IMG/VR virus record: IMGVR_UViG_3300025030_000054
Span: 41,688-105,687 of that record
Reading direction: 5' to 3' (one strand)
DNA length: 64,000 bases
Origin: a virus
A program made the position numbers and the translations under genes. Shown one piece after another: positions 9,664 to 18,424 of this stretch; the first letter of the stretch is position 1; each line of letters starts with the position of its first letter. A model generated the notes under the pieces. The model searched no databases. It was not told where the DNA came from and saw only the letters and a list, made by a program, of their open reading frames with translations.

Positions 9664-9692
9664 ATTATACCACAGAAATGGCTTTTTGTCAA
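9664..9692 (-). promoter_or_regulatory. Consensus sigma70-type promoter facing left
   Basis: TTGACA-17 nt-TATAAT on the - strand with TG extension. Confidence 0.75.
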
Positions 9693-9769
9693 GCTTTTTC
9701 TTCAATGAAATGATTATTTTATTTTAATGTTCTGATTTTGGTAACTACCTAAAATTTAAGGAATAAGGA

Positions 9770-9815
9770 CTGTCAAGAGAATTATATTTAGTGATTTGTA
9801 TAATTCTCTTGACAG
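9770..9815. repeat. Perfect 17-bp inverted repeat with 12-nt spacer
   Basis: CTGTCAAGAGAATTATA (9770-9786) / TATAATTCTCTTGACAG (9799-9815). Confidence 0.85.
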
Positions 9816-9838
9816 AATTGGGTTTGGTGTGCTATAGT
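9809..9838 (+). promoter_or_regulatory. Sigma70-type promoter facing right
   Basis: TTGACA-18 nt-TATAGT with TG extension. Confidence 0.6.
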
Positions 9839-11154
9839 GGATTATTGGTTGTGTTGTTTTGTCGGTTTCTTACTACATGCCCATTACGTCTGACTGCATC
9901 TACGACAACACCCCCTCCGACATTGAAATCCTTGGAGATAGATAAAGCCGATTCTCCTGCCAAGTACCTCGTCACAGCAACGGCTTCTTGTTCCTTAGTT
10001 AGTGCAAATTTACACATAAGCGGGCGCATAGGTGTGTTCTTTTTGGCTAAAATTACATGCACAGAGGAGGATGATATACCAAACTTAGCAGCTATGCTCT
10101 CTGCATTGGCCCCTTCTAGGTATAATTTAACAATTTCATCGCCGTATAAGTCTATTAATTTTGGCTTAGGTTCTTTCTTGGGTTTTGGTGTGCACTCAGG
10201 TCTGCCATATACGTCATATAGGTAGTTACGAACCCTTTTAGCATTTAGTCGCAATAAGTCGCCAATAGCTCCTGCGGTAAGTCCTTCGGTATATTTTGTT
10301 CGAATTTGACTTAGTAACTGCTCGTCCCAATTGTGATCGCGAATAATTCCACGTGACCTTAGAAGTTTTGCTGTAGCTGCTTTAGGCACTTTGTACTTTC
10401 GTACGATAGCTTCAACTGACATACGATTTTCGTAATCTTTTATGATATTTTCTTTATTGTGCTCAAGGCGTTTATCACAAGCTCTAAGTCTTTTAGCTCC
10501 TTTCAGAATACTGCTGACTCTGGATTGGTTTACTTTAGTATGGGTTGATATTTCTTTTCTAGACATACCGCCATCGTGTAAAGTTTTAATGTAATTTATT
10601 GTTTCGTCTGGTATAGCACTATAAAATGAGTTTGATCGAGGCTGAATTCCCTCACGGTCTAAAATGTTTCGCACAGTTTTGTGAGACACTTTATATTTTT
10701 TACCTAGAGTAACCGTAGAGGCTCCATTTAGATATTCTTTAACTATTTCAAGTTCGTCTTCAGGAGAGTATTTGTGAGGCTTCAGCTTCCCTCCAGCGCC
10801 TCCATGGTGTACATTTAGAAGTGGGTTACTTTTGTCTATTATCTTCCTTCCGATACTCTTTATTGCCTTAGTCTCTAATAGGTAAGCTTCATCTTCGGGC
10901 ATATTGTCTTTCAATTTAATTATATAATCTCTTAGATCGAAGCCACTATCAATGATTTTCAGTATTAGCTTGTGCTTGGCTGTCTTATTTTTATTCTTAG
11001 CCTCAGAAATATGATTGTACATTCTGATCTTACTGCCCTTTCCGACATAAAATGGTTCATACTCTGTAACTAGACCTATATCTGGATACACAAAATTTCC
11101 TTCCACCAGCGGATTGAGGTACACATAAATATAGAAATTACGTTTTTGTTTCAT
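9832..11154 (-). CDS. GIY-YIG (LEM-3-like) homing endonuclease with tandem HTH repeats
   Basis: FYIYVYLNP...PFYVGKG..RM..H...EAYLLE...LLN, then repeated Y..G.S...I..K..VS...V..IL units; the only long - strand gene in the left arm. Confidence 0.8.
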   Translation of the reverse strand: MKQKRNFYIYVYLNPLVEGNFVYPDIGLVTEYEPFYVGKGSKIRMYNHISEAKNKNKTAKHKLILKIIDSGFDLRDYIIKLKDNMPEDEAYLLETKAIKSIGRKIIDKSNPLLNVHHGGAGGKLKPHKYSPEDELEIVKEYLNGASTVTLGKKYKVSHKTVRNILDREGIQPRSNSFYSAIPDETINYIKTLHDGGMSRKEISTHTKVNQSRVSSILKGAKRLRACDKRLEHNKENIIKDYENRMSVEAIVRKYKVPKAATAKLLRSRGIIRDHNWDEQLLSQIRTKYTEGLTAGAIGDLLRLNAKRVRNYLYDVYGRPECTPKPKKEPKPKLIDLYGDEIVKLYLEGANAESIAAKFGISSSSVHVILAKKNTPMRPLMCKFALTKEQEAVAVTRYLAGESALSISKDFNVGGGVVVDAVRRNGHVVRNRQNNTTNNPL

Positions 11155-11217
11155 AACTACTCCTTATAAAATATGATCTGGCTACCAATGTTTACCCCTC
11201 ACAACTCTTCCTTACCT

Positions 11218-11250
11218 TATTATATACGTAAATGGGTAATAACTTATCAC
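11218..11250 (-). promoter_or_regulatory. Bipartite phage promoter motif (GTGATA-N17-GTATATAATA)
   Basis: Upstream of the GIY-YIG gene; same spacing as four other copies. Confidence 0.7.
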
Positions 11251-11266
11251 TTAAAGGAGAAACAAA

Positions 11267-12637
11267 TTGTCAAAGATAGCTAACGTGCAGTATGAAATAC
11301 TATCTCTCAAAAAACTTCTAGACTCTAGAGATCCAGAGCTACTTAATAGACTACATTTTGATCTGTACTCTAACGCTGAACTAGCAAATATTTTGAAGAT
11401 ATCTAGTATACTGTATATGGACACTGGAAGACTGCCTAGCTGGGACCATCTTAAAGCGGAGATAGTAAACAGGGTATTACAGACTGACAAGCAAAACTTT
11501 TACCTAGGGCTGCTTCAAGATATCAAGGACAAGGACGCGGCAGACATAAGCACGGAAGACATAATTAAGAACTTGAAGACTCAAAGACAGTTCAGGCAGA
11601 TACTGGACTCTGCTGGCAAACTAGTAGGGTCTGTGGAAAGTAGAGATGCTAACGCAGCAGTAGATATTATGAAAGAATTGTACCAAGACATGTTTTATCA
11701 AGACTCTCAAGAATCCCTTGAATCTTCTGACTTAGTGAATATGGCAGGTAAGACAACGAGTATAGATTGGGAGACGACTGGCTACGACTCTATAGATGAG
11801 AGAGGTGGGATTTGTAAGGGTGGTTTATGGTACTGCTTAGGTGCAGCTAAGAGAGGTAAAAGCACATTAGCTCAAGGAATGCTGACCCATGCACATGAAA
11901 AGTACGGTGGAAGTTCTTGCTACATGTCATTTGAAATGTCAAAAATCGAGGTAAAGTCTAGGATACTGGCTGCCAAAAGCTCGACAGATATCGGCCTTGT
12001 AATAAGTGGATTGCTAAGTCAAACTGAGAGACTGAATCTAAGAAAAGCTGAGGTGGATCTTCTGATAGGACTTACTCCAAACGCAGAAGACTTTTGCGAG
12101 TACACTAGTCAGTTAAACGATGCAGAGTTTTGGGCAGAGGCTTGGCAGAATTTTGCGCCAAAGGATGATAGGGTCTACATTATCGACGATGCAGGCGATT
12201 GGGCTGATACGTTTACTAAGATGAGATTGTTGGCTACACTCAAAGGAGTCAAGCGATTTGTCATAGATTATCCGATGCTCATCCCTAGGGCATCGGGACC
12301 AGAATTCTCTAAATTATCCACGTGGGAATATCATTTGGAAATGTCAAAGCAGTTAAAAAGTTTTGCTAGAAATACTGGCACTAGGATCATAGCCCCTGCG
12401 CAGTACAAAGAGGGGGAGGATAAAATTTCTTTTGCTAGTAATATTATCAACGATTGCGACGGAATGATTGCTTTGTATGAAGATGACGGAGACAAAGATT
12501 ATGGCGAAATGGGTTGCGTGTCAGTTAAATTTAAAGCATACAGGAACTATATCACAATACCAAGTCAGCCGACACTTCAGCCTTTCAAACTACTTAAAGA
12601 ATTAAACTACTCTAGATTTGCTAATTTCAACTTCTAA
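11267..12637 (+). CDS. DnaB-like replicative helicase
   Basis: TGYDSID, Walker A GAAKRGKST, SFEMS, VIDY, PAQ. Confidence 0.85.
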   Translation: MSKIANVQYEILSLKKLLDSRDPELLNRLHFDLYSNAELANILKISSILYMDTGRLPSWDHLKAEIVNRVLQTDKQNFYLGLLQDIKDKDAADISTEDIIKNLKTQRQFRQILDSAGKLVGSVESRDANAAVDIMKELYQDMFYQDSQESLESSDLVNMAGKTTSIDWETTGYDSIDERGGICKGGLWYCLGAAKRGKSTLAQGMLTHAHEKYGGSSCYMSFEMSKIEVKSRILAAKSSTDIGLVISGLLSQTERLNLRKAEVDLLIGLTPNAEDFCEYTSQLNDAEFWAEAWQNFAPKDDRVYIIDDAGDWADTFTKMRLLATLKGVKRFVIDYPMLIPRASGPEFSKLSTWEYHLEMSKQLKSFARNTGTRIIAPAQYKEGEDKISFASNIINDCDGMIALYEDDGDKDYGEMGCVSVKFKAYRNYITIPSQPTLQPFKLLKELNYSRFANFNF

Positions 12638-12650
12638 GGAGACCAAAACA

Positions 12651-13028
12651 ATGCCTAAAACAATGACTAAACAAATCCCCAAAACCCATTCCCCAATCTT
12701 CACCAAACCAGACCTATCAACCCTCTACCACAAAGACGACTGCCGATACTACTACGATCCTGAATTTTGTACGTGCGGTGCAGATGCTTTTGCGGAGCTA
12801 GAATTTTACAAAACTGCTTACAAGGAGTTAGAAACAGCACTCCAAAAACAACAAGAAGAACATGAACAGCTCAACGAAACTAATAAGAAATATAAACAGG
12901 CGTTGGGGAAGATAGCCATTGAGGAAGCTAACTTGATTAACACCGATGGAGGGCATTACCGTTACGAATACTGTGAGGTTTGTACAGTTATTATCAAACT
13001 AGCCGCAGAAGCACTTAGTACAAAGTAA
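12651..13028 (+). CDS. Hypothetical coiled-coil/Cys protein
   Basis: AAGGAG RBS before ATG 12651; HKDDC...CTCG. Confidence 0.65.
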   Translation: MPKTMTKQIPKTHSPIFTKPDLSTLYHKDDCRYYYDPEFCTCGADAFAELEFYKTAYKELETALQKQQEEHEQLNETNKKYKQALGKIAIEEANLINTDGGHYRYEYCEVCTVIIKLAAEALSTK

Positions 13029-13040
13029 AGGAGCCAAAAA

Positions 13041-13223
13041 ATGATCTATGAAAATTCCCAAGAAGGCAAATGTCCAAAATGTTCTAACCCACATCTAGAT
13101 TCATCAGACGTAGAATTTGGTTCAGATTGGGTATCTCACTCAGTATTCTGTGACATTTGCCATTGGTATGGTTCTGAGGTTTATTCTACAAAATTTCTAA
13201 GAATGGAGGATGGAGAGAAATGA
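13041..13223 (+). CDS. Small zinc-ribbon protein
   Basis: CPKC...CDIC. Confidence 0.65.
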   Translation: MIYENSQEGKCPKCSNPHLDSSDVEFGSDWVSHSVFCDICHWYGSEVYSTKFLRMEDGEK

Positions 13224-13609
13224 TCCTAAGATGCCCACTGAACGCACAAATTAATGCACTAATCTGCATATACACCTGCACAAAAAGTGTGAAAGAAGTA
13301 TGCAAGGTTTACGAACAGAACTATGACAAGATTACCAAGCTGCTTATCGAACAGAAGTACCTTGATAAGTATGGTATTCCAGGGCACGTTCTACCAAAAT
13401 CTAGGCAACCTAAAAAAGAATCTAAGAGGAAACCAAAGGAAACTACAGCTACAGTTAAGCCAGCTAAAGAAACTAACCCAAAGACTGCTAAACCTGCTAA
13501 AGACAAAGAGGCAGTTCCAGCAGCTTCGGTAAAACCTAAAAGGAAACGTAGAACGAAAGCTGAGATGGCTTTGGCTAGGAATAAGGAGTACCGTAAGGGG
13601 GCAGCCTGA
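13220..13609 (+). CDS. Basic protein with Lys/Pro/Ala-rich tail (possible nucleic-acid binding)
   Basis: Cys-rich N-terminus, KPAK repeats, RKRRTKAEM. Confidence 0.65.
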   Translation: MILRCPLNAQINALICIYTCTKSVKEVCKVYEQNYDKITKLLIEQKYLDKYGIPGHVLPKSRQPKKESKRKPKETTATVKPAKETNPKTAKPAKDKEAVPAASVKPKRKRRTKAEMALARNKEYRKGAA

Positions 13610-13698
13610 ATAAGTTCAATCACAAAAAGAACTACATAAGACCTTTAAGTAAAGAGTACACAGACCTTGACGCAGCAATATTCAAGAAGTACCTTCAC

Positions 13699-14424
13699 AT
13701 GCCTAAAGTATACTTGAGAGGCATTATAAGAAGGTATCCTAAGAATCTTAACGAAGTCCCTTTGGTGCTTCACAAGCTGCTTGAACAATGTGACTCTTAT
13801 ATTTGGAAAGGAGTTAAGATGGAACGTAGTAAAGAAGAAATGATTGCGGCTGTTAAGATGAAAATCTCCGGCGTTCCTCCTGCATATTTACTTAGAACAG
13901 AACTTCCAAGCACTTGTGGAACTAACCTTAAAGTCTATCACAGCATATTGGAAGCACCAGAGTCACTTTCTAAATTAGGTAGGTTGTTGTATTTTCACAG
14001 TGGGTTTGAGGACAATTCTCTTCTAGCAGCGTCTAACATAATTAAGTCAGGTGTCACAAAAGGCTTAAAGTGCAAGATGACTTCTATGCCTCAGTTCATG
14101 GAGGAGCTAAAGACCTTTGAAGCCTCTAAGATATTGACCTCCCTAGCCGAAGCAGATATCTCTTGTCTGTATATGTTGGGAACTGTTTATGTTAAAGCTG
14201 AATCAGGGTTCACAGAGTCTTCTTTATTGACCTTCATAGACCAAAGGAGGGTGAACAAGAAGGCAACTATTTTGTCATCCCACCTAACACCCGCTGAGTT
14301 CAAGACGAGATTCAAAATAGACCTTGATAAGCTAGGGGCAATTTGTTTCAAGATGGAAGATGATGGTGTGGTAAATACTGTGTCGCAGTTAGCTAAAGAA
14401 CTTGCAGCGTTGAGAGGGGACTGA
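13699..14424 (+). CDS. DnaC/IstB-like AAA+ fold protein with degenerate Walker motifs (start uncertain: 13606, 13699 or 13819)
   Basis: FIDQRRVNKKATILSSHL matches the DnaC-type IID.R.....TII.SNL pattern; Walker A/B positions read HSGFEDNS and DISCLYMLG. Confidence 0.6.
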   Translation: MPKVYLRGIIRRYPKNLNEVPLVLHKLLEQCDSYIWKGVKMERSKEEMIAAVKMKISGVPPAYLLRTELPSTCGTNLKVYHSILEAPESLSKLGRLLYFHSGFEDNSLLAASNIIKSGVTKGLKCKMTSMPQFMEELKTFEASKILTSLAEADISCLYMLGTVYVKAESGFTESSLLTFIDQRRVNKKATILSSHLTPAEFKTRFKIDLDKLGAICFKMEDDGVVNTVSQLAKELAALRGD

Positions 14425-14426
14425 AA

Positions 14427-14606
14427 ATGGGCGTAAGTATTAACTGCAAATCAAACGATAGAGGCACTTGGTGTGTAAACAGAAATGTAAAGCGAAGTCT
14501 GTTTGGCCTCGGTGCCCGCTGCTGTGTACTGTTCGATAATTGTTCCAGTAGCTGTCCCTTTCAGGAGAAAGTACTTAGGCCAGAATGTCCACCTCCCCGC
14601 CCCTAG
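14427..14606 (+). CDS. Small Cys-rich protein (59 aa)
   Basis: ATG 14427 to TAG 14606, GAGGGG RBS. Confidence 0.5.
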   Translation: MGVSINCKSNDRGTWCVNRNVKRSLFGLGARCCVLFDNCSSSCPFQEKVLRPECPPPRP

Positions 14607-14633
14607 AAAACTAAATTATTGAGGAGAACAACT

Positions 14634-14879
14634 ATGCCAACAATTTTCATAAAACCTGTAGACTACCTAGTAAGCACCAAAGGAATTGGTATTGACGTTT
14701 ACAACCAAGATGATTACAAGTTGGTTGGGTGTACTTACTTATCAGTGAGTGATGCAAGGAATTTGGCTTGTGAGATTTTAAAGCAGTGTGAGCGGTTTGA
14801 CAGTGAGTTAGCTAAGAATAAAGAAGTTGATGGCAAAACTTTTAGCGAGCTTGACTTTAAAAAAGACATGTTGTTTTAA
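14634..14879 (+). CDS. Hypothetical protein
   Basis: GAGGAG RBS before ATG 14634. Confidence 0.6.
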   Translation: MPTIFIKPVDYLVSTKGIGIDVYNQDDYKLVGCTYLSVSDARNLACEILKQCERFDSELAKNKEVDGKTFSELDFKKDMLF

Positions 14880-14904
14880 AAATAATTTAAATAGGAGGTT
14901 ATAA

Positions 14905-15318
14905 ATGAGCCAAGAAATTATAGAAGGCATTAAAGTGCTAAGTGATATGATTAAGAAGTGTCAAGAAGAACTGAAGGTTATTTTGACTGACACTGAAACA
15001 CCACTGGCAGAGCGTTGGGAGATTTATAAGCAGACGGTAGAAGAAGATATTATTAGTGAGGTTGATAATTACGGTCCAAGCCTTAGAATCTTAGATAAGA
15101 TGGGTATTGACAGCCCTTACGACTACCTATACTGCGATAGATATGCTACTAAGGATTATCTAGATATAGTGGACACTCTGAGAGATAAAATTGCGACAGA
15201 GCCTAATAAACGAGGAAGTTTATGGAAAAGCGTAGATCTTACTAGAGAAAACATCAACAAGGTAAAAGAAGAAATCCTCAGCAAATTCCCTGAAAGGGGC
15301 TTTACCTATGACTGGTAG
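14905..15318 (+). CDS. Hypothetical protein
   Basis: AGGAGG RBS. Confidence 0.7.
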   Translation: MSQEIIEGIKVLSDMIKKCQEELKVILTDTETPLAERWEIYKQTVEEDIISEVDNYGPSLRILDKMGIDSPYDYLYCDRYATKDYLDIVDTLRDKIATEPNKRGSLWKSVDLTRENINKVKEEILSKFPERGFTYDW

Positions 15319-15327
15319 GTAATAACT

Positions 15328-16266
15328 ATGGAAGTCCTAGAAATCTTAGACAGCAGGGGTATCCCCTATGTTCACCGAGGAGACAATGAATACGCTATAG
15401 TCTGTCTCAACGCAGCAAATCATCAAGGAGGTTTTGATAGCAAGCCTAGTTTAAACATCAATGTGGAGAAACTTCAAGCCTTCTGTTTTAGCTGCGGATT
15501 CTCAATGTCAGAAACAGGATTGACTCGCTGGCTTATTGGAGGGGAACTAGAAGATTTATCCTTGCAGACTATGGCTCTAAGGGCTAAGATAAATCGCCTG
15601 AAATTGGAAGAGACTAAAGATCTTTCAGAAGCTAGGCAGATATTCATTCCACCTGGAGAACCTTGGGCCGAAGATGGGTATAGGGGGATCAGTTTAGACA
15701 CCTACCAAAAACTTGGGGCTATAAAATGTACAAGAGGTTTTTACAGTGACCGGATAGTGTTTCCTATTTATCTGCGTGGGGAATTAATTGGAGTGGATGC
15801 TAGGGCGCTGCTGGAAGGGATGCAGCCTAAGTACCAGAGAAATAAAGGATCGCTAGTAAAATCTACTTGGCTGTATCCTTACGATTTGGTTTGCGAGAAT
15901 AAGCCTGAGTATGTAATTCTTTGTGAAGGAATATTCGACGCTATAAATTTAGTGGATAAGGGCTTTGATGGGCTATGTTTCTTCGGCACAAACAACTTCG
16001 GGTTAACCAAACTTAGGCTCTTACTAGCTACTGGTTGCGGTGAGGTCATATTATTTTTAGATAAAGACGAGGCTGGCCAGGAAGCGCAGAAACGGATAGG
16101 TAGTATGTTAAGCGACTGGTTACACGTTACTGAGGCTTATACAGGTCACCTGAAAATAAAACCGATAGACTCTTTAGCGAAAGGAAAGTTAGTTTATCAG
16201 GACTGTGGCGAATTGACTAGAGAAGAGATTTTAGAGGCTGTGGAAAATAGAACTAAATTTAAGTAG
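15328..16266 (+). CDS. DNA primase (zinc finger plus TOPRIM)
   Basis: C....H...D.KPS...CFSCG, RIVFPI, PKY, CEGIFD, LDKDEAG. Confidence 0.9.
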   Translation: MEVLEILDSRGIPYVHRGDNEYAIVCLNAANHQGGFDSKPSLNINVEKLQAFCFSCGFSMSETGLTRWLIGGELEDLSLQTMALRAKINRLKLEETKDLSEARQIFIPPGEPWAEDGYRGISLDTYQKLGAIKCTRGFYSDRIVFPIYLRGELIGVDARALLEGMQPKYQRNKGSLVKSTWLYPYDLVCENKPEYVILCEGIFDAINLVDKGFDGLCFFGTNNFGLTKLRLLLATGCGEVILFLDKDEAGQEAQKRIGSMLSDWLHVTEAYTGHLKIKPIDSLAKGKLVYQDCGELTREEILEAVENRTKFK

Positions 16267-16350
16267 TTAAGGTATCTGAGAATTAAACTATAAGGAGGTA
16301 CAGAATGAAGATGCAGCAAAATCGGTATTTACCAATTTCTAGGAGCATCA

Positions 16351-16737
16351 ATGGCATTAACGGAACAAGAAACGAGGCAAGAGGCGGAAAAGTTCTTAGC
16401 TTGGCTGCGACGAAAATATCCGGCGTATGGGGCACAGGTAAAGGTGATGTACATAAACAAACCGGAGTTGCAGCCAAAAGTGGAGGCAATGGTTTACCAG
16501 TACGGAAACGTGTTTAAGGTTCATGTCGCTACTAGAAGAGACTTTAAGTTTGTTCTACGTGGTGTTGCACATGAATTTGAACATGTTCGGCAGGTTGTAA
16601 ATGAAGGGGTACCTATAAATAAAATTAGGGTTAATCAAGAAAAAGCAGCTTGGTTTTTTGCATTACAAGCCCTCAGAGAATACAAGAAAGAAGACCTTAA
16701 AAGATGGACTAGAATTACTGGTGAGGAAGTTACTTAA
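16351..16737 (+). CDS. HExxH zinc metallopeptidase-like protein
   Basis: VAHEFEHVRQ followed by E..A. Confidence 0.6.
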   Translation: MALTEQETRQEAEKFLAWLRRKYPAYGAQVKVMYINKPELQPKVEAMVYQYGNVFKVHVATRRDFKFVLRGVAHEFEHVRQVVNEGVPINKIRVNQEKAAWFFALQALREYKKEDLKRWTRITGEEVT

Positions 16738-16756
16738 AGGATAAAAGGAGAAAATT

Positions 16757-17065
16757 ATGTCAGAGAATTATTACGGAGTAGGGACTAGTATGCCGGGCGG
16801 GAGTTGGCTCTTTGAGGGTATATTTAGTTCAGAAAAATTGGCGGTAGAGGCTATTGAAGAATTACGTAATATGGTGGGAGTCTCACCTAACGGAGAAATA
16901 GCGCCTGAAGACATGTTTGTAGCCTACCCAGTTGTGGTGGATGATTTTTATGGCAGCTATGACATATATAATTTTGAGGTGTACTACAGACCTTTGAGAG
17001 AGACTAAGGAAGAAGGACTTAAAGGTTTGATGGAGTATAAGAAATCTGTGGAAGAGGCTTACTAA
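16757..17065 (+). CDS. Hypothetical protein
   Basis: AAGGAG RBS. Confidence 0.7.
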   Translation: MSENYYGVGTSMPGGSWLFEGIFSSEKLAVEAIEELRNMVGVSPNGEIAPEDMFVAYPVVVDDFYGSYDIYNFEVYYRPLRETKEEGLKGLMEYKKSVEEAY

Positions 17066-17107
17066 GGGAATTAAAATAAGCATAACCGTTATAAAACGAT
17101 TATTGAT

Positions 17108-17140
17108 GGAATAAAAAGTTGGGTGACCTGGTATATAATA
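17108..17140 (+). promoter_or_regulatory. Bipartite phage promoter motif (GGAATA-N17-GTATATAATA)
   Basis: Upstream of the HTH plus HNH pair. Confidence 0.7.
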
Positions 17141-17179
17141 AGATAGAGAAGTACAAAACTATCTTAGGAGAAGTATACC

Positions 17180-17356
17180 ATGTTAATTTCGTCAGGCACC
17201 GTATGGAAAAAATTTGAAATTTCGAGAGTAAGTTTAGAAGACTGGTTTAATAAAGGACTCATAAGACGCTTCCCGACTCCGGGGGGACATTATAGGTACC
17301 TTGAAAAAGAAATAATGGCTGTCCTCAATGTTACCGCTGAGGACTTACAGAAGTGA
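17180..17356 (+). CDS. MerR/excisionase-type HTH protein (58 aa, below the ORF-track cutoff)
   Basis: AGGAG RBS; ISRVSLEDWFNKGLIRRFPTPGGHYRY; stop overlaps the GTG of the next gene. Confidence 0.75.
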   Translation: MLISSGTVWKKFEISRVSLEDWFNKGLIRRFPTPGGHYRYLEKEIMAVLNVTAEDLQK

Positions 17357-18414
17357 TAGTTGATGAGTGGGTTGACGTGATTTGGAACTCTAGCACTAAA
17401 GACTACTACATTAATTTAGGGTATAAATACACCAAGCTGAGAGGTCCGTTAAAAGTACGAGTAGAACACCTTACTCAGGGGTCCAGCCAACTAGTGACTG
17501 TTCAGTGTGATTTTTGCGGCAAAGTGATTAAAAGACCTATGTACAGATACAACCAAGTAACTAAAAACCAAACTACTGGCTATAGATGCAGAGATTGTTT
17601 TGAAGGGAACTTTGAAAAGGTACACTCCGAATTCTTAGCAAGAGGGCTCACTCCGCTATTCACTGAGTATGTAAACTGTAAAGAGACTTTAGAGTATGTC
17701 TGTAAAAAGCATCCAGATAAAGTACAACGGACCAACTACGATAATTTTTCTTCAGGGCGTGGTTGTATGTTATGCGGTTGGGAATCTACAAGGTACTTTA
17801 AATTATCCAAGATTGAAGACATCAAAGAAGAATTTGCTAAAGACCCTAGAGGCTACATTCTTTTGAGTGAAAGTTACACGTCGCTAAAAGACAAGCTGCT
17901 GTATATTTGCCCTAAGCACCCCCAGGAAGTTATGAAAATTTCTTTAAACAATTATCGAAGAGGTAAAGGTTGCAGACTGTGTGCCTTTGACCGCCAAAGA
18001 GGTGCTGGGAATGGGAATTATAAAGGACTTTCCACTATTACTAAGAGTTTAAGGTTACACATAATACCGTGGGTCTTGACAGCCTTGAAAGAAAGTAACT
18101 TTACATGCTCTCTGACTGGCGTTAGGGGAGTGCCTTTGGAAGTTCACCATGAGTACTCCTTCTCGGCTAGTAGAGACTCAGCACTAAGGGCAACCGGATT
18201 TAGAAAAAATGCAGTCAGAAATGAACTTTCTGAAGAGCAGTACAGTGAGCTGGTAAAGGTATTTGAGAATATTCATAACAGACACGCACCTAAAGTTATA
18301 CAAAAGCCTTTACACAAATTATTTCACAAGTACTACGGAAACCGCAATAACACACAACAACAGTTTGAAGAATTTGCGTCTGATTTCTCAAAAGGTTGGT
18401 TACTATTTAGCTAA
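17353..18414 (+). CDS. HNH homing endonuclease with repeated zinc-ribbon domains
   Basis: CDFCG, CRDC, two C.KH...G.GC..C repeats, LEVHH...HKLFHKYYG.RNN. Confidence 0.82.
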   Translation: MIVDEWVDVIWNSSTKDYYINLGYKYTKLRGPLKVRVEHLTQGSSQLVTVQCDFCGKVIKRPMYRYNQVTKNQTTGYRCRDCFEGNFEKVHSEFLARGLTPLFTEYVNCKETLEYVCKKHPDKVQRTNYDNFSSGRGCMLCGWESTRYFKLSKIEDIKEEFAKDPRGYILLSESYTSLKDKLLYICPKHPQEVMKISLNNYRRGKGCRLCAFDRQRGAGNGNYKGLSTITKSLRLHIIPWVLTALKESNFTCSLTGVRGVPLEVHHEYSFSASRDSALRATGFRKNAVRNELSEEQYSELVKVFENIHNRHAPKVIQKPLHKLFHKYYGNRNNTQQQFEEFASDFSKGWLLFS

Positions 18415-18424
18415 GGAGGTTAAA

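Noticed and set aside
9631-9665. Sixth copy of the bipartite promoter (ATATATAATA on -)
   Set aside because: Lacks the leading G and the GTAATA box at 17-nt spacing
9375-9692. 105-aa - strand ORF as the product of the leftward promoter
   Set aside because: Its TTG start is the -35 box itself, so it lies upstream of the transcript start
9791-10225. 144-aa + strand ORF
   Set aside because: Antisense to the GIY-YIG gene, no RBS, no recognisable motifs
15316-15329. Further copy of the 14-bp palindrome (TAGGTAATAACTAT)
   Set aside because: Only the left half matches, and it is explained by a stop codon and start region
17180-18414. IS607/TnpB-type element
   Set aside because: No serine recombinase catalytic domain and no RuvC TnpB; the partner is an HNH nuclease
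18263-18424. N-terminal extension of the polymerase in the ORF track
   Set aside because: Overlaps the HNH gene; a strong RBS favours TTG 18425
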